Shown here: piece after piece, positions 34,894 to 49,678 of the stretch
Layout: the number at the start of each line of letters is the position of its first letter
Position numbering within the stretch: position 1 is the first letter of the stretch
From: the human T2T-CHM13v2.0 reference genome, Homo sapiens
DNA length: 64,000 bases
Direction: 5' to 3' (one strand)
Assembly (NCBI RefSeq): GCF_009914755.1
Contig: NC_060942.1
Program-made: the position numbers and the translations under genes
The notes under the pieces: generated by a model
Told to the model about the DNA's origin: nothing
What the model saw: the letters and a program-made list of their open reading frames with translations, nothing else
Database searches by the model: none

Positions 34894-35343
34894 TTGTAGA
34901 TAGCATAATTGTTCCCAATTCTTCTCCTCCCATTTCTACACTCTTTGTCATGTGCAGAGAATATTGATGTCAGGCGTGGCTGTGTGACTCACTTTGGCCA
35001 ATGATGGGCAGAAGTGACAGTGTGCCAGTCTGAAGCCTGGGCTTAAAGGTACCTTGCATGTTTCTGCTCCCTGATTTGCACATTTGCCATCAGAAGAATC
35101 TCCCATAAGCAGCTGCTGCTCCTTTAGCCTGGGCAAAAAAACACACATGTAGCAAATCCTAGTCCAACCCACAGTGAAGAGCTGAGCCTAGCAAGACCCA
35201 ATAGCCTGAAGCAGAACCACCTGCTGAGTCTGATGTAGACCATCCATTCAATGAGCCCAAGAACGTGAAAGTAAATCTTTATTCACAAAAGCTTTTGAAT
35301 TTGGGGATGGTTTGTTATACAGCAAAAACTAACTGGTAAAATA
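34894..35343 (+). mobile_element. Old MLT1-type MaLR LTR
   Basis: gtgtgactcactttggccaatg..gcagaagtgacagtgtgccagt..ttggggatggtttgttatacagcaa. Confidence 0.65.
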
Positions 35344-35351
35344 CCATTGAC

Positions 35352-35701
<350 letters not shown>

Positions 35702-36093
35702 CTATATTAAAGCTTAAAAATATAAAAATATAAATAGCAAGGGTCCCAGAGCCCTAGTGGATGAGATATAAAAAGAGAGAGAGAGAGCTTCATTACCCCT
35801 AAATCTTGATGAAGTTTTTGTGTGTATGTGTGTCAGTTTCTAAAGTATGTATGTATGAAAATAGGTATATGGCAAAATTTATACCACTGTGTTTATATTT
35901 AGTTGTCTTTTTTGGCCTTCAGTTAAACCCATTAAATATACATTTTCCACTTTGGCATATTCTGGTTTCCTCTGAAGAATGGTATTTTGGGCTGTAATCT
36001 TGAATGTTTATTTGGCAACTTACTCTAAAAATTTTAAGAATATTAATCATACTGCATTCTTCTTTGGTGTACAGACTGGCAACTCTCTTTTCA

Positions 36094-36306
36094 GAGCAGG
36101 GTTTCTCAGCCTTGACATTACTGGTATTTTGAGCCAGTTCTTTGTTGTGGAGGTTGTCCTTTGCATTATAAGATGTTTAGCTGAATCCTAGCTTCTGCCC
36201 ACTAATTGATAGTATTGCACTTCCCTCTACCTCCAGTCGTGATAATCAAAAATGTCTCCAGGCATTTCTAAATGTTCTCGGAATCACCCTCAGTTGAGAA
36301 CTACTG
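36094..36306. mobile_element. MER20 (hAT)
   Basis: cagggtttctcagccttgaca..caaaaatgtctccaggcatt..gttgagaactactg. Confidence 0.78.
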
Positions 36307-36559
36307 TTTCAGAGGAAGTTGTGATTTGGTTTGGGTAAGTCAGATTTACAATGTCAGCCATCATCTGGCCATGTTTGAAAGTCTAGGCTTACAGTAATGC
36401 AAGCTGTAGTGAAAATACCAAGATCTTAAATATAAGATATTGCTATTTAAACATAATCCAAAACTCTAGGACTTTGGTTGCTTATGGTAATCATAATTAT
36501 ATTGTTATTGATAAGTGTGGGGGAAAAAAAAAAGTAGCAATGCCTAGCAGGTAGGTCTT

Positions 36560-36885
36560 TCTTTCTTTCTTTCTATTTTCTTTTTTCTTTTTCTTTTTTT
36601 TTTTTTTTTGAGACAGAGTCTCACTCTTTCGTCCAGGCTGGAGTGCAGTGGCGCCATCTTGGCTCACTGCAACCTCTGCCTCCAGGGTTCAAGCGATTCT
36701 CCTCCTTCAGCCTCCTGAGTGGCTGGGATTACAGGTGTGCACCACTACACTGGCTAATTTTGTATTTTTAGTAGAGACAGGGTTTCACCATGTTGGTCAG
36801 GCTGGTCTCAAAATCCTGACCTTGTGATCCAGCCACATCGGCCTCCCAAAGTGCTGAGATTACAGGCGTGAGCCACCGTGCCCAG
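36560..36885 (-). mobile_element. AluS
   Basis: Antisense dimer; flanking gcaggtag repeats. Confidence 0.9.
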
Positions 36886-37420
36886 CCGCAGGTAGATTTT
36901 TCTAACCTACCTGTGCCTACACTAAAGTCAGGCAAGACCTTTCCTGGTATACACACTAACAGGCAGCTTAATGGAACAGCAATATCCTGGGCATTATATT
37001 TTAGGGCACAGCATCACGGCCAGCTTAACACGTCATAAAAATGAACAGAAATAGCCATGTTTAACTGTAAGTGAGGAACTTCAAATACCACCTTATTCAA
37101 ATATACCATTTCTATCAAACAAAAGATGAATCAAAAATTTAATTTCCTGACAATTTGTGTGCTTTGGCAGGAATGTGGGCAAGCACCAGTTAAGTGCTAA
37201 ACCTGACAATGGGACATGTGTTTAAAATAAATGTCAGAAAAGAGCTTGTATCCCTGATTATATCCTTTTCATTGGAACTCGGATGAGATTGAACTACCTT
37301 AACATCAGAAACTCTAGTATAAAATTTTTAAACTGTTGGTGAGGGTTTGAGTTTGGGCTTATTCATTAAAATTGCCTGGACCTCATGGTCTTCATCTGTA
37401 GAATGAGAAGTTTGGACTAA

Positions 37421-38167
<747 letters not shown>

Positions 38168-38734
38168 GATTTGACTTATACTTCAAGCAATTTGTCCAAG
38201 ACGATTTTCACACAAAGGAACAAAACATCCTCAACTCAATAGAATGAGTCCTTCTATTCTCAGTTGAGACTTATCAATCAGCAGATCAGTCAAGGAGCAA
38301 CGAGGCAGTAGAGAGGAGAAGAATCATTGATTTGTCACTGGAAAGTCAACAGATTTAAGAAAAGCACGCCATAAAAAGACTAGTCGCTTTAAAATAGAGA
38401 AAAATTGTGTATATATTCACATCACTAAGTCACTAAGTAAGAAAGAAACCCCATAGAATTATGGGTAATCGGAACTGATTTCTAAAACCATCAACTCACC
38501 AATTGAATTTATTGGATGTGAAACTTTGTGATCATGTTTTTTTTTTTTAAAAAAAATCCTATAACATTTATGGAAAAAAAGTGGAAATTTAGAAATATAT
38601 TTCTAGCTAGAGGTATTCTTTATTGGTACTAATATAAGCTGGGAGGAAAGGAGCATCTTGAAGGGCAAAAGAGAAAAAAAAAATCCCCTTCCTCTGTGGT
38701 TGTACAAAGCAAGGAACCTCAAAGGGAGACTTGA

Positions 38735-39040
38735 GGCCGGGCACGGTGGCTCACACCTGTAATCCCAGCACTTTGGGAAGCTGAGGCAGGTGGATTACTT
38801 AAGGTAAGAAGTTTGAGACCAGCCTAGACAACATGATGAAACCTCATCTCCACTAAAATACAAAAATTAGCTGGGTGTGGTGGCGGGCGCCTGTAATCCC
38901 AGCTACTCAGGAGGCTGAGTCAGGAGAATTGCTTAAATCCAGGAGGCGGAGGTCACAGTGAGCCGAGAGCATGTCACTGCACTCCAGCCTGGGTTACACA
39001 GCAAGACTCCATCTAAAAAAAAAAAAAAAAAAAAAAAAAA
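38735..39040 (+). mobile_element. AluS
   Basis: Sense dimer; flanking gagacttga repeats. Confidence 0.9.
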
Positions 39041-40240
39041 GTAGAGAGACTTGAAAACACTACTCTCCTGAGAGAAGGGAATGAAAAGAGCCCTTCGATC
39101 AGATGAGGAAAAAGCCTAAACTTACAGTCTTGGCTATGCCCTCAGTCCCACCCTGAGTCTCAAGAACTGGTTATTCACCATCCACTACTGACAGACCACA
39201 CCACAAAAGTGCCCACTGCCACTGCCCCTCTCCACCACCCCACGCCACACCTGACCACTCCAGTGGGGAGTATCCAGGCTCACTATGTCTAAGCCCTTTG
39301 TTCATACTCCACGGTGCTCGGTTTGTTTGCTTTAAAATAAAGACATTGCCATGGAATTTCAACTCCTAATTTATTCATTATTTCACTATCTTCCAATTCT
39401 ACCAAAGGGGAATTAGAATTTGTATCCATTTTGTGTTTGCAAATATTTAAAAAGAAAACAAAAAAACAAATAGGTTGATCGTGGGGAAGGGACCCCCAGG
39501 GAGCACCACAAATCCTTTCAGAGGCACGCTCGGCCGTTCCACACTCTTGTCTCTTACGGACATACCAGAAATACTTTATTTAGTTTAAGTGAATGGAAAG
39601 ATCCAGCACTTGGAAAGAATTGTTACTAGCCTTGTTTGTTCCAATAAACAACCAAGCTTCTTATTGCTCAATAAAAATCAAAACTGACAGTTTGTAAAAA
39701 CCAGAAAACAGAAAATCTTGGACTATGTTTAAGGGATGATTGATATTTCCAGACTTTCATGAGGATCCTAAGGGAGAAGTCTATTTAGGTTTCAACAATG
39801 TCAGTGACAAATACTTCTCTGGAAAGCTTGCTACACATTGGCCAAAAGTTTTTCCAATTCCAATTCCAATTTGTATCTATTGAAAGATTTTGGGCTCATG
39901 GAAGAGCATTAGCTGGGGAAGTAAGCTTACATCATTGTAGTTCAAACATTCATTATATATAACTCTATAATTAATAATGAGTTCAGGTAAAATGGGAGGA
40001 ATCTGCAATTTAATAGTAATTTCAATTCTGTTAATCCTGGGTCTGGGGCATATTTTAAAGATATACTTGACTTAGATACACTAGCTATGTCTGTCCAGGC
40101 CAAATAGAAAGAGATTTGAACTAAGCAACTAAGCAATTTCTTCTTGGACAATGCAAGCAAGAAATTACTCTTAGAAGAGGAGCTCTTTGAGAAGATACTG
40201 GACTATGGATGAATAAGATACATGGATAACAAATGAGGGC

Positions 40241-40340
40241 TTGGATCGGACAAAATGCCAAAATAGTCCCCCAGGATTTCCTGCCCTAATCCCTGGAACT
40301 GTGAGTATGAGTTATTATACCCATGCTCATGTTATGCTAT
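40241..40340 (+). mobile_element. MLT1 (MLT1E-like MaLR LTR) 5' part, split by the provirus
   Basis: cccccaggatttcctgccc..ctgtgagtatga..gttatgctat resembles an MLT1 5' end and continues at 49679. Confidence 0.65.
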
Positions 40341-40955
40341 TGGTACAAATCACAGGCTCTTTGGTTCCCCATGTAATAAAAAGTAACACTGAGCCACGCA
40401 GATGTCCTAGACAAGCCTTTTATTTCAGGGCTTGTGCTTGAGTGCAAGGGAAACAGCAGAGACTCAAGGACTCTCCAGCTGACTCCCCAAAAAAGCTGGT
40501 AGGGATATTTTTATTAGGCAAAGCATGGGAATGGGTGTCAAGGGTAATGTGTGCAGGCTGGAGTAGGCAAAGCACCTGAGGGGTGGGGTATGCGGTCAGC
40601 GTATCTGATTACATTGATCATCTTGAGTCATGGGCCACCTGGCGGGTCTGGCCAACAGCAACAAGGCTGCAAATGATTGCTGAGCATTCCTTCCCAAGGT
40701 GGGACACTCTTAACCTTGGTTTGATATTTGGATTTCCAAAGGCCAGTTCCTGGAATTCTTTAAGTAAAAGGCATGGTTAAACATCATGAGAGCACAGAAG
40801 AATGGCTATTTGCTTGGTATGACTAAAGCCTTGGGGTTAGCAAGTAGATTGCCAGCAAGGTAACGGTGTGAATTCTGTGATCACTGGGACGAGAGAAAAA
40901 AAGAGAAGAAAACATATGTGAAGGAGGAGTTGCATCCCATTCCTATTCTATCTCA
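40341..40955 (-). mobile_element. Proviral 3' LTR (~615 bp)
   Basis: Minus strand TGAGATAGAATAGG...TGTACCA, preceded by a purine-rich AGCGGGGAAT (PPT-like) tract. Homologous to 48601-49678. Confidence 0.88.
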
Positions 40956-41099
40956 ATTCCCCGCTGAGAGATTTCACCTTTCCCCTCCTTATTCTTAAAG
41001 AGAAAGAACCAAAGATCTCATCTTCTGAAGCTACTTCCTGCTGAACAGGGTTGTCTTCCATGCCTAATCTTGGAGGGTGTGGAAGTCTCTCACTGACTG

Positions 41100-42406
41100 T
41101 TCTATAGACCTGCAGGGACAGAGATCCTTCTGGAATGGTATGGGTTGAAATCCTTGGGCCATCATTAGCTTGACTTGAAACTATTGAAGCCTGAAAGATA
41201 CAAACTTTACCAAAAGGTTAAAAATACAAGGCCCGAAAAGTAATAGCAATAAAATGACCACCTAGGGTCCAAGGAAAGGTAAAAATTCTGTCACTCATAG
41301 TAAGTATCCTTTGATGAAGTCCCAGATGGTCTGAGAAGTGGGGTTTTTGAAATTGTGCATCCAGGTAGCCTGTTGGTAAATCTTTTGAACTTGCAGTTCA
41401 ACTAACCCTGAATTGTTAGCATAAGAACAACAGGTGTGGTTTATTCTGTGCATTCTCCCCCTTGTTCAGCTAGAAGATAGTCCAGGGCCAATCTCTGGTC
41501 TAAGACAACATTGACTAGGGAGTCTAGGGAAGCCTGAAGTTCTTTTAAATTTTCCCTCGTACTGGTTGACAGTGTTTGAAGGGTTTCTGTTAACTTCCTC
41601 AAAGTTGCCTCACAGTATGCAAAGCCACCCCCAAGTGTCTGCTAAACGGATAGCTATTCCAACTCATGCCAAAATTAGCTGTAAACCTGTCAGCCTTTTA
41701 GATTTTGGATGTGTGCTGTTATGAACTGTTATTCCATTGGGGCTCAAAGTACCTAAGGGTGCAGTGTGTTATACATTATAGACACAAGGGCATGCTGGTA
41801 TGAGTAATGGACATGTGAAATTGGTTAGTGGATAGCTGTTGGCCAAATGGTCTTGGTGTCCACAAAAGGACACATATCCTAGGGGTGTGCAATTTACATG
41901 GGGCAAGAGGAATGCAGGTGACTGACTGAGCTTTGCAGAGAGGTATGACTGTTTTGGGCATTGGGAGAGAAAGACGAACTCCCCTAGTCCACGTTTGATT
42001 AGGGCTTTTTTAAAAAAAAAAACTGATGAAGGAAAAGCCTGTGAGATGTCAAAGTAGGCATTTCAACTTCCCCTTTTCCCACCCTTTCGATGACTGAAGC
42101 ATTTAGCAGGCCAGTGAGGTTTATACATTCACAGGAAATGAGGCACTTAGGTGTACCATGAGAGGTGCAGGGGTTACTTTAGGTTCCCATACCTCCTTTG
42201 TGAAATTGGTAGTCGAGCTTTTAGGGAATGAAAGAGGCAGCCCCTGAGCCTGCTGATGATGGTGGCATATCCAGCAGTTGGACAAATTATTACCCAAAGC
42301 TGCAATGCCAGAAAGGTAGATGAGAGAGTTTGTTTCCCTTTTCAAGAGGGCCCAGCCCACCACGTCCCCCTACATGGAGGAGTAGGAACAAAGTAAAGAG
42401 GAGCAT
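41100..42406 (-). pseudogene. env remnant, EnvV-like, disrupted
   Basis: SU NSLIYLSGIAALGNNLSNCWICH (CxxC motif); cleavage site HPKSKR; ISD SLDSLVNVVLDQRLALDYLLAEQGG; frameshifted CX6CC (INHTCCSYANNSG); anchor VILLLLLFGPCIFNLLVKFVS. Multiple stops and frameshifts. Confidence 0.9.
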
Positions 42407-42519
42407 AACTATATGCAGCAGGGATAAAAGAGGTGTTTACCAGGGGAGGAGGCTGAGCAAAGCAACAGAATAATTGTAAAACAATTCATATTGTAAGGAG
42501 AATTACTGGACTCAAGATC

Positions 42520-45500
42520 TCTAACCACATTACTCCAGGGATGAACTGGCTCTCTTGAACAGGTATTTGAGATCATCCATAGGTTCACATGAGTAAGATG
42601 GGCTTTCTGGGCATGTCTAGAAACATTTAGGAGAAAAGATGTTTTAATCAGGTGAGGTGTACCCAGCTAGGGATACAAGGAATCCTCAGTTAGGGTACAC
42701 CTCTGTACCTTACTGGGTGTTTGGATCACCAAGTAAAGTGCCTTCCATTTAGCCAATGGTTGTTCCTCCAGGAAGTCCTCCTTCCCAGTCTTAAGGAGGA
42801 CTTGGTTTCCTGGATTAATCCATAAAGGGTTTTCCCCATCTTTAGTGGAGACTGGCAGGATTTTGTTCCCATATTCTGAAATTGCCTTTTGAACCTGTCC
42901 TAAATTAATTATATATTATAATTTTTAATTTAATTGTCCATCTAACAGGAGGTCAGTGGTGAGGAAACTCCTCTCATAGATCATCTCAGAAGAGTTAAGT
43001 CTTAGGCTGCCCCAAGGGGCCATGCAGACTCTAAGAAGTGCAACTGGGAGCATCGTAACCCAGGGCTGTAGGTCTCTTGACAAAGCTTTTCTAGAATCAG
43101 CTTAGGAATATAGTTCATCTTTTCAACTTTACCTGATGATTGGGGGTGCCAGGATGGCACTGTCTTTAATCTATTCCTACGATGTGAAGAGGCTCTGGGT
43201 AATCTTAGCCACAAAGGAGGGCGAATTATTGCTATGAAGGGATTTGGGGAGTCCAAATCAAGAAATTATTAATATTTATTTTGGTAAAGATTTATAGATT
43301 TCTACTGCTCCTTCTGTGTGAATAGGAAAAGCCTTGAGTGACCCAATAAAAGTATTCACAAACACCAGGAGATATTTGTATCCTAGATTTGGGGGCATTT
43401 GAGTAAATCTACCTGCCAGTCTTCTCCTGGATAAGTTCCCCTGTGTTGAACCAGCTTAAGTCAAGAGGGAGGAACTGGATAGGTTTGGGGATTATTCTGG
43501 GAACACAGTTCATAGGCAAAGGTTACTTATTTTAGTTTTTCTCAATCCCTTTTCAATTAATATTTTATATACAATATTCCATAAAACATCTGTCCCATAA
43601 TGAATGGCATCATGGAGATGCTTAATAAGTTTCTACTGGTCAGTTCCCGGAATAAAAATCTTATCACCATCTGGGAACCATCCATCATTGTTTTCCTCCT
43701 CTAGCTCTTCTTGTGAGTATCGTGGGTGATTCAGAAGGTTGGTGGGGTCTATCATTAAGGACAACACATTGCTGGGTTCCTGTAACCAGGCTGCTTTGTG
43801 GCCCTATCATCCCTATTATTTCCTTGGCTAATGAGGGACCTGTCTCTCTGGTGGCCCTTGCAGCGAATGTCTGCTATGTGGCAGGGAAGTTGTACCACTT
43901 CCAGGAGAAGTAGGACTGGGTCCTTATGTTTGATTGGGGAATTTTTAGCTGTTAACATTCCCCTTTCTTTCCATATGTCTGCATGGCCACACAGTGCAAG
44001 AAACCCATACTTTGAGTCAGTGTATACACGTACTCGCTCCCCTTCTCCCAGTTGTAAGGCTCTGATGAAGGCCATCAGTTCTGCTTTTTGTGCTGAGGTT
44101 TGGGGAGGAAGGGTTTTAGCTTCTGTAGTCTCATTCAGGCTTACTACTGTATATCCTGCCATTCAGGTTCCTTCCTCCACAAAGCTACTGCCATCAGTAT
44201 GCCATTCTGCCTCCAGGTTCTCAAAAGGCTGATCTCATAAGTCAGGCCTGCTGGAGAATGTCTGTTTTATGGTCTCTCTGCACCGTCATAAGCCCTCATC
44301 ATCTGTGGTTGGGACTAAAGTTGCTGGCTTCAGGGTCTGACATATACTCAAAGTAATGTCTGGGGTGTCTAATAAGAGAGGTTGGTGTTTGGTCAGTCTC
44401 CCCCCCACCAAGTGAGACAATTGTGTCTCTTGACTTCTAACACAGTCTGAACCTGGTAGGATGTCATAACTTATATATGTTACCCCAGAATCAGCTTAGA
44501 GGCTTCACTAACCAGTAGGGCAGTGGCTGTCACTGCCATCAAGCAGCAAGGCCACCCCTGTGCAACTGGGTCCCACTGTTTTGAAAAATGAGCCACCAGC
44601 CACTGAACAGGTCTTAACCTTTGGATTAAGACTCCCAAAGCTATTCCTAGTCTCCCACAAATATACAAGATAAATGGTTTTTCTAAGTTGGGGAGTCCAA
44701 GGGTGAGGGCTTGACCCAACTCAGTTTTTAAGGCTTCAAAAACTTGTTGGCATTTCTTATCCCAGTACAAGGGCTCTGTTTTTTCCCCTTTTAGGGTCTC
44801 ACATAAGGGTTGAGCTGTCAGGTCATAATTTGGAATGCAAATACGACAGAAGCTCACCATTCCCAAGAAACCTTTGAGCTGCCTTTTTGTTTATGGGACC
44901 AGCAATGACGTGATTACCTTTTTCCAATCCCCAGCCAGAATGTGGGCTCCTGGGATCAGAAGGAACCCCAGATACTGAATGTTTTGTAAATAAATCTGGG
45001 TCTTGAATAGACCTTGTATCCACTCTCAGTGAGGAAATTCAGGGTTTTAATGGTATTAAAATCTAAATCCTGCCCTGTCCAGCTGGCAATTAACAAGTCA
45101 TCCACATATTGTAATAAAGTTCCATTCCATAGGCTTAGCTCCCTGAGCTCTTTAGCCAATGCTTCCCAAAAAGGTAGGTGCTCTCCTAGACCCCAGGGGA
45201 AGAACAGTCCACTTGTATTGTGTGGCTTCCTGCATGTCGAGATTTCTCCATTCAAAAGCAAAAAGATATTGGGATTCTGGATAGAGGAGTACACACACAA
45301 AAAAGCCTCCTTTAAGTCTAGCACAGTAAAAAAACTGAGCATCTTTAGGGATCTGGGTGAGCAAGGTGTACAGGTTTGGGACCATTGGGTGGATGGGAAT
45401 GACTGCCTCATTAACCTCCTGGAAGTCTCACATAAACCAATATTCTCCACTAGGCTTTTTGACAGGGAGGATCAGGGTGTTGCAAGGGAACTGGCACGGT

Positions 45501-45600
45501 TTAATTAACCTAAGCTGTAGGAATCTGTGGAGTAATGGCTGAATCCTGTTCAGTGCCTTAGGTTTTAAGGGGAACTGTTCCTTCCACAAGTAGCCCACCC
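42520..45600 (-). pseudogene. pol remnant (RT, RNase H, integrase), disrupted
   Basis: RT FTVLDLKEAF and LLQYVDDLLIAS (YVDD at 45097-45108); connection domain VAHFSKQWDPVAQGWP; RNase H SAQKAEL..VYTDSKY; integrase WHPQSSGKVEKMN. Confidence 0.93.
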
Positions 45601-45749
45601 CCAGGCTTTAGGTCTGTTTTTACTAGGGGAACATTATTGGCCCCTCCCATATGAAAGTCTTTACTTGATCCTTGATTTCCCCAGAAATGTTTGAGTTCTC
45701 CAGTTCCTGTCCATTTAAGAGTGCTAGCAAGTGGATTCCACGTTCTGGC

Positions 45750-46040
45750 TCTACCTCCAACTGCACTCTGTCTTCTTCCAGGGTGATGGTGGCTCCCATT
45801 TTGCTTAATAAGTCCCTACCCAAAAATGGAGTAGGAGATGTAGGGACAAACAGAAATGAGTGACAAATAAGTCTAGACCCAGCCTCCCAAGGAAGAGGGA
45901 AAGTAAATTTTCTTGCCTTAGGCCATCAGTCTATTCCCATTAACATGCAGTCATGGTTGGAGAGGGGGTCAATAGGCTGGGTCAGGACAGAGTAGGTGGC
46001 TCCACTGTCCACAGGGAACTCAGTTTTCCTACCTGCCAGA
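45750..46040 (-). pseudogene. Retroviral protease remnant
   Basis: TEFPVDSGATYSVLT (DSG active-site motif, ~45981-46025) and FLGRDLLSK. Confidence 0.85.
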
Positions 46041-46420
46041 TCAAGGGTGAGCTGAGGCTCTGCTGGCATGATAACAATGGAATGTGCTGCAGTTGGAGCT
46101 GGGCAGGAGTTCAGGCCCTGTCAGTTGGTGTGCATTGATCTCTCATCTGAGAGATTGGCAAGGAGGGGTAGCTGGCCAGGGTTGCCTGCCAGCCATCTTA
46201 TTTTAGTGCAGTCAGGGCAGTCCCTCTTCCAGGGGCCCTCCCTCCTGTAATGTGCATATTGGGTCTGTCCAAGGCCACTTATCTTTAATCAGTTGTCAGT
46301 TCTCCTGGGCCTGGTAGGGTCACCCTGAGGTGGCTGATGGATAAAGGCAGCTGAAAGCCATGCTATCTTGGCCAATCTCCTCATCAGCCTCCTCTGTCCT
46401 GTCTCTGTTATTGAAAATCC

Positions 46421-46715
<295 letters not shown>

Positions 46716-47268
46716 CTGTTATTGAAAATCTTAAAAGCCTTCTCCACCAAGGTCGACAGCAGGGTCTGGGGTCCTGCCTCCAGCTCCTGTATTTCCTTCT
46801 AACATCCGGATCTGACTGAGTGATAAAATGCATGGCAAGCAAAGCCCTCCCCTCCCCTGACTCTGGCCTGCACTGGTGTATTTCTTAAGGACCTCAGTGA
46901 CTCAATTGAGGAAGACTGCTGGGCTCTCCTCATTTCCCTGGGTGATTTCTCTGACCCTGTCATAGTTAACAGGTTTTACTATACATTACCTCATTCCTTC
47001 AGTCAGGCAAGTGACCAAGTGGCTCAAGTTAGCATTATCTACATTGCAGTCCCACTTGGGATCTTGTGCTGGGACTGCATCTCCCCTTACATAAATGACA
47101 GCATATTGAGAGGTTGGTGGCCACCTGGCCATCTGCACATTTCTTAACCTTCTTAAACATGTGTTCTTTCTCATCAGTAGTGCAACAGTGTGCCAGAATG
47201 ACCATAACATCCTGCCATGTAATGAAAATGCTAAATTTAGTTTAACAAAATTTATCTCTAAACTCAGA

Positions 47269-47577
47269 GGCTGGCCATGGTGGCTCATCCCTGTAATCCC
47301 AGCATTTTCAGAGACCAAGACAGAGGGATTGCTTGAGCCCAGGAGTCTTGAGAGCAGCCTGCGAAACATAGAGACACTCTGTGTCTACAAAAAAATATTG
47401 AAAATAAGCTGGGTATGGTAGCACACACCTGTAGTCTCAGCTACTCGGGAGGCTGAGGCAGAAGGATGGCTCAAAGCCGGAGTTCAAGGCTGCAGTGCGC
47501 TATGATCAGGCCACTGTATTGCTGCCTAGGCAACAGAACAAGACCCTGCTGTAGAAAAAATAAAAATAAAAAATAAT
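47269..47577 (+). mobile_element. AluJ inside proviral gag
   Basis: Heavily diverged sense dimer with J-type motifs. Confidence 0.82.
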
Positions 47578-47745
47578 ACACTTATCAGGATTCTTCGAAA
47601 ATCTACCAAATTTTCCTTTACACAGTCCTAGATCCATTGCCAAAAAAGGAACATGCACCCTTGTAACTTCCCTGTTTCCATCTGCCACTTCTCTGAGGAG
47701 AAAATAGCCCTGGGTTGGTGGAAGAGCAAAAGAAGGTGCTGTTGG

Positions 47746-47813
47746 AGTGGTTTTTCCCATTACTTTTAAGGGCAAAAAATGCAATTTGCAATTAATTTTT
47801 CACCAACCTAATA
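47746..47813. mobile_element. Partial MADE1 inside the provirus
   Basis: gtggtttttcccattacttttaagggcaaaaaatgcaatt..tttttcaccaacctaata: centre and right TIR present, left TIR missing or degraded. Confidence 0.75.
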
Positions 47814-47943
47814 CTTAGAAGACATAAAGAAGATTATAGAAGCCAAAGTCAGAGTGCCAGACAGAGGTTCCTACCAGCCGAATCAATCAGCCATTTCAAT
47901 CCATCCTGTATAGATGTCTATTCAGGCTGAGCCGTTGAAGTTA

Positions 47944-48318
<375 letters not shown>

Positions 48319-48600
48319 GAAAAGTGAAAGCAGGGAAGGAGGAAGGTAGAAGAAGGAAAAAGAAAGATACCACAGATGGGGACAGGAGGTGAGGGAAAGC
48401 ATTGTCTCAGGTTGGGGACTGGTGAGAAGCCCCTGGAAGGAAAATGCCAGTTGCAGTGGTGCTGAGCCAATGGTTCAGGTGGCCGCCCATCAGCCGTGAA
48501 GGAGATGTGTCTGGCTGTTTCACTAACTCACAAGCCTCCCACTCCTGGGAGGAAAATGCTCCCCACATATCATGCTCCTGGCTAGCTCATCAGAGAATCT

Positions 48601-49678
48601 GTTACAGATCACAGGCCCTTTGGTTTTCCCCATGTAATAAAAATTAACCTGGGGCCAAGCAAATTTCCCAGACCAGGTTTTTATTTCAGGGCTTGTGCTG
48701 GAGCACAAGGGAGACAGTAGAGATGCAAGGACTCTCTAGCTGACTCCCTAGAAAAGCCAGGAAGGATTTATTAGGCCAAGTGTGGGAATTGACATAAGGG
48801 GTAAAGTATGCAGGCTGGCTGGGCAAACCATCTGAGGGATAGGGTATGCAGTGAGCATATCTGGTTGTGATGGCTATTATTGTTTTGAGACAGGGTCTTT
48901 CTCTGTCACCCAAGCTGCAGTGCAGCGTTGTGATCAGGGCTCATTGCCGCCTCAACCTCCCAGGCTCAAGCAATCCTCGTACCTCAGACTCCCAAGTAGA
49001 CGGGACTACAGGCACGTGCCACCACACTGGGATAATTTTTTATTTTATTGTTTTTGTTATAAAGATGAGGTCTTGCTATGTTGCCCAGTGTGGTCTAGAA
49101 CTCCTGGGCTCAACTGATCCTCCTGCCTTGGTCTTCAGAGTAGCTGGGACTACAGCCATGTGCCACCATACCCAGCTAATTTTTTGATTTTTGTTGTTGT
49201 TGTTGTAGAGATGAGGTCTTGCTACATTGCCTAGGCTGGTCTCAAACTCCTGGGCTCAAGCAATCCTCTGGCCTCAGCCTCCCAAAGTGCTGGGATTACA
49301 GGCATGGGCCACCATGCCCAGCCACAATAGTTATCTTGAGTAATGGACCACCTGGTGGTCTGGCCAGCAGCAACCATGCTGCAAATCATTGTTGAACATT
49401 CCTTCCTGAAGTAGGACACTCCATAACCTTGGTTTGATATTTAGATTTCCAAAGGCCAGTTCCTGAAATTCTTTAAGTAAAAGGCATGGTTAAACATTAT
49501 GAGAGCACAGAAGAATGGCTATTTGCTTTGTACAACTAAAGCCTCAGGGTTAGCAGGAATATTGGTATATTGCCAGTGAGGTAGTGGTGTGGGTTTTGTG
49601 ATTAGTGGGACAAGAGAAGAAGAAAAAAGAAAAAAAATTTGTGAAAGAGGAGCTGTGTCCCATTTCTATTCTATCTCA
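48601..49678 (-). mobile_element. Proviral 5' LTR interrupted by an Alu (~48880-49323)
   Basis: TGAGATAGAATAGA...TGTAACA. Shares blocks with the 3' LTR (tttatttcagggcttgtgct; taagtaaaaggcatggttaaacat; gagagcacagaagaatggctatttgctt). Followed by PBS-like TGATGAGCTAGCCAGGAG. Confidence 0.88.

Noticed and set aside
43755-45450. Possible functional RT or RNase H ORFs
   Set aside because: Only 130-165 aa fragments separated by stops and frameshifts; no intact pol.
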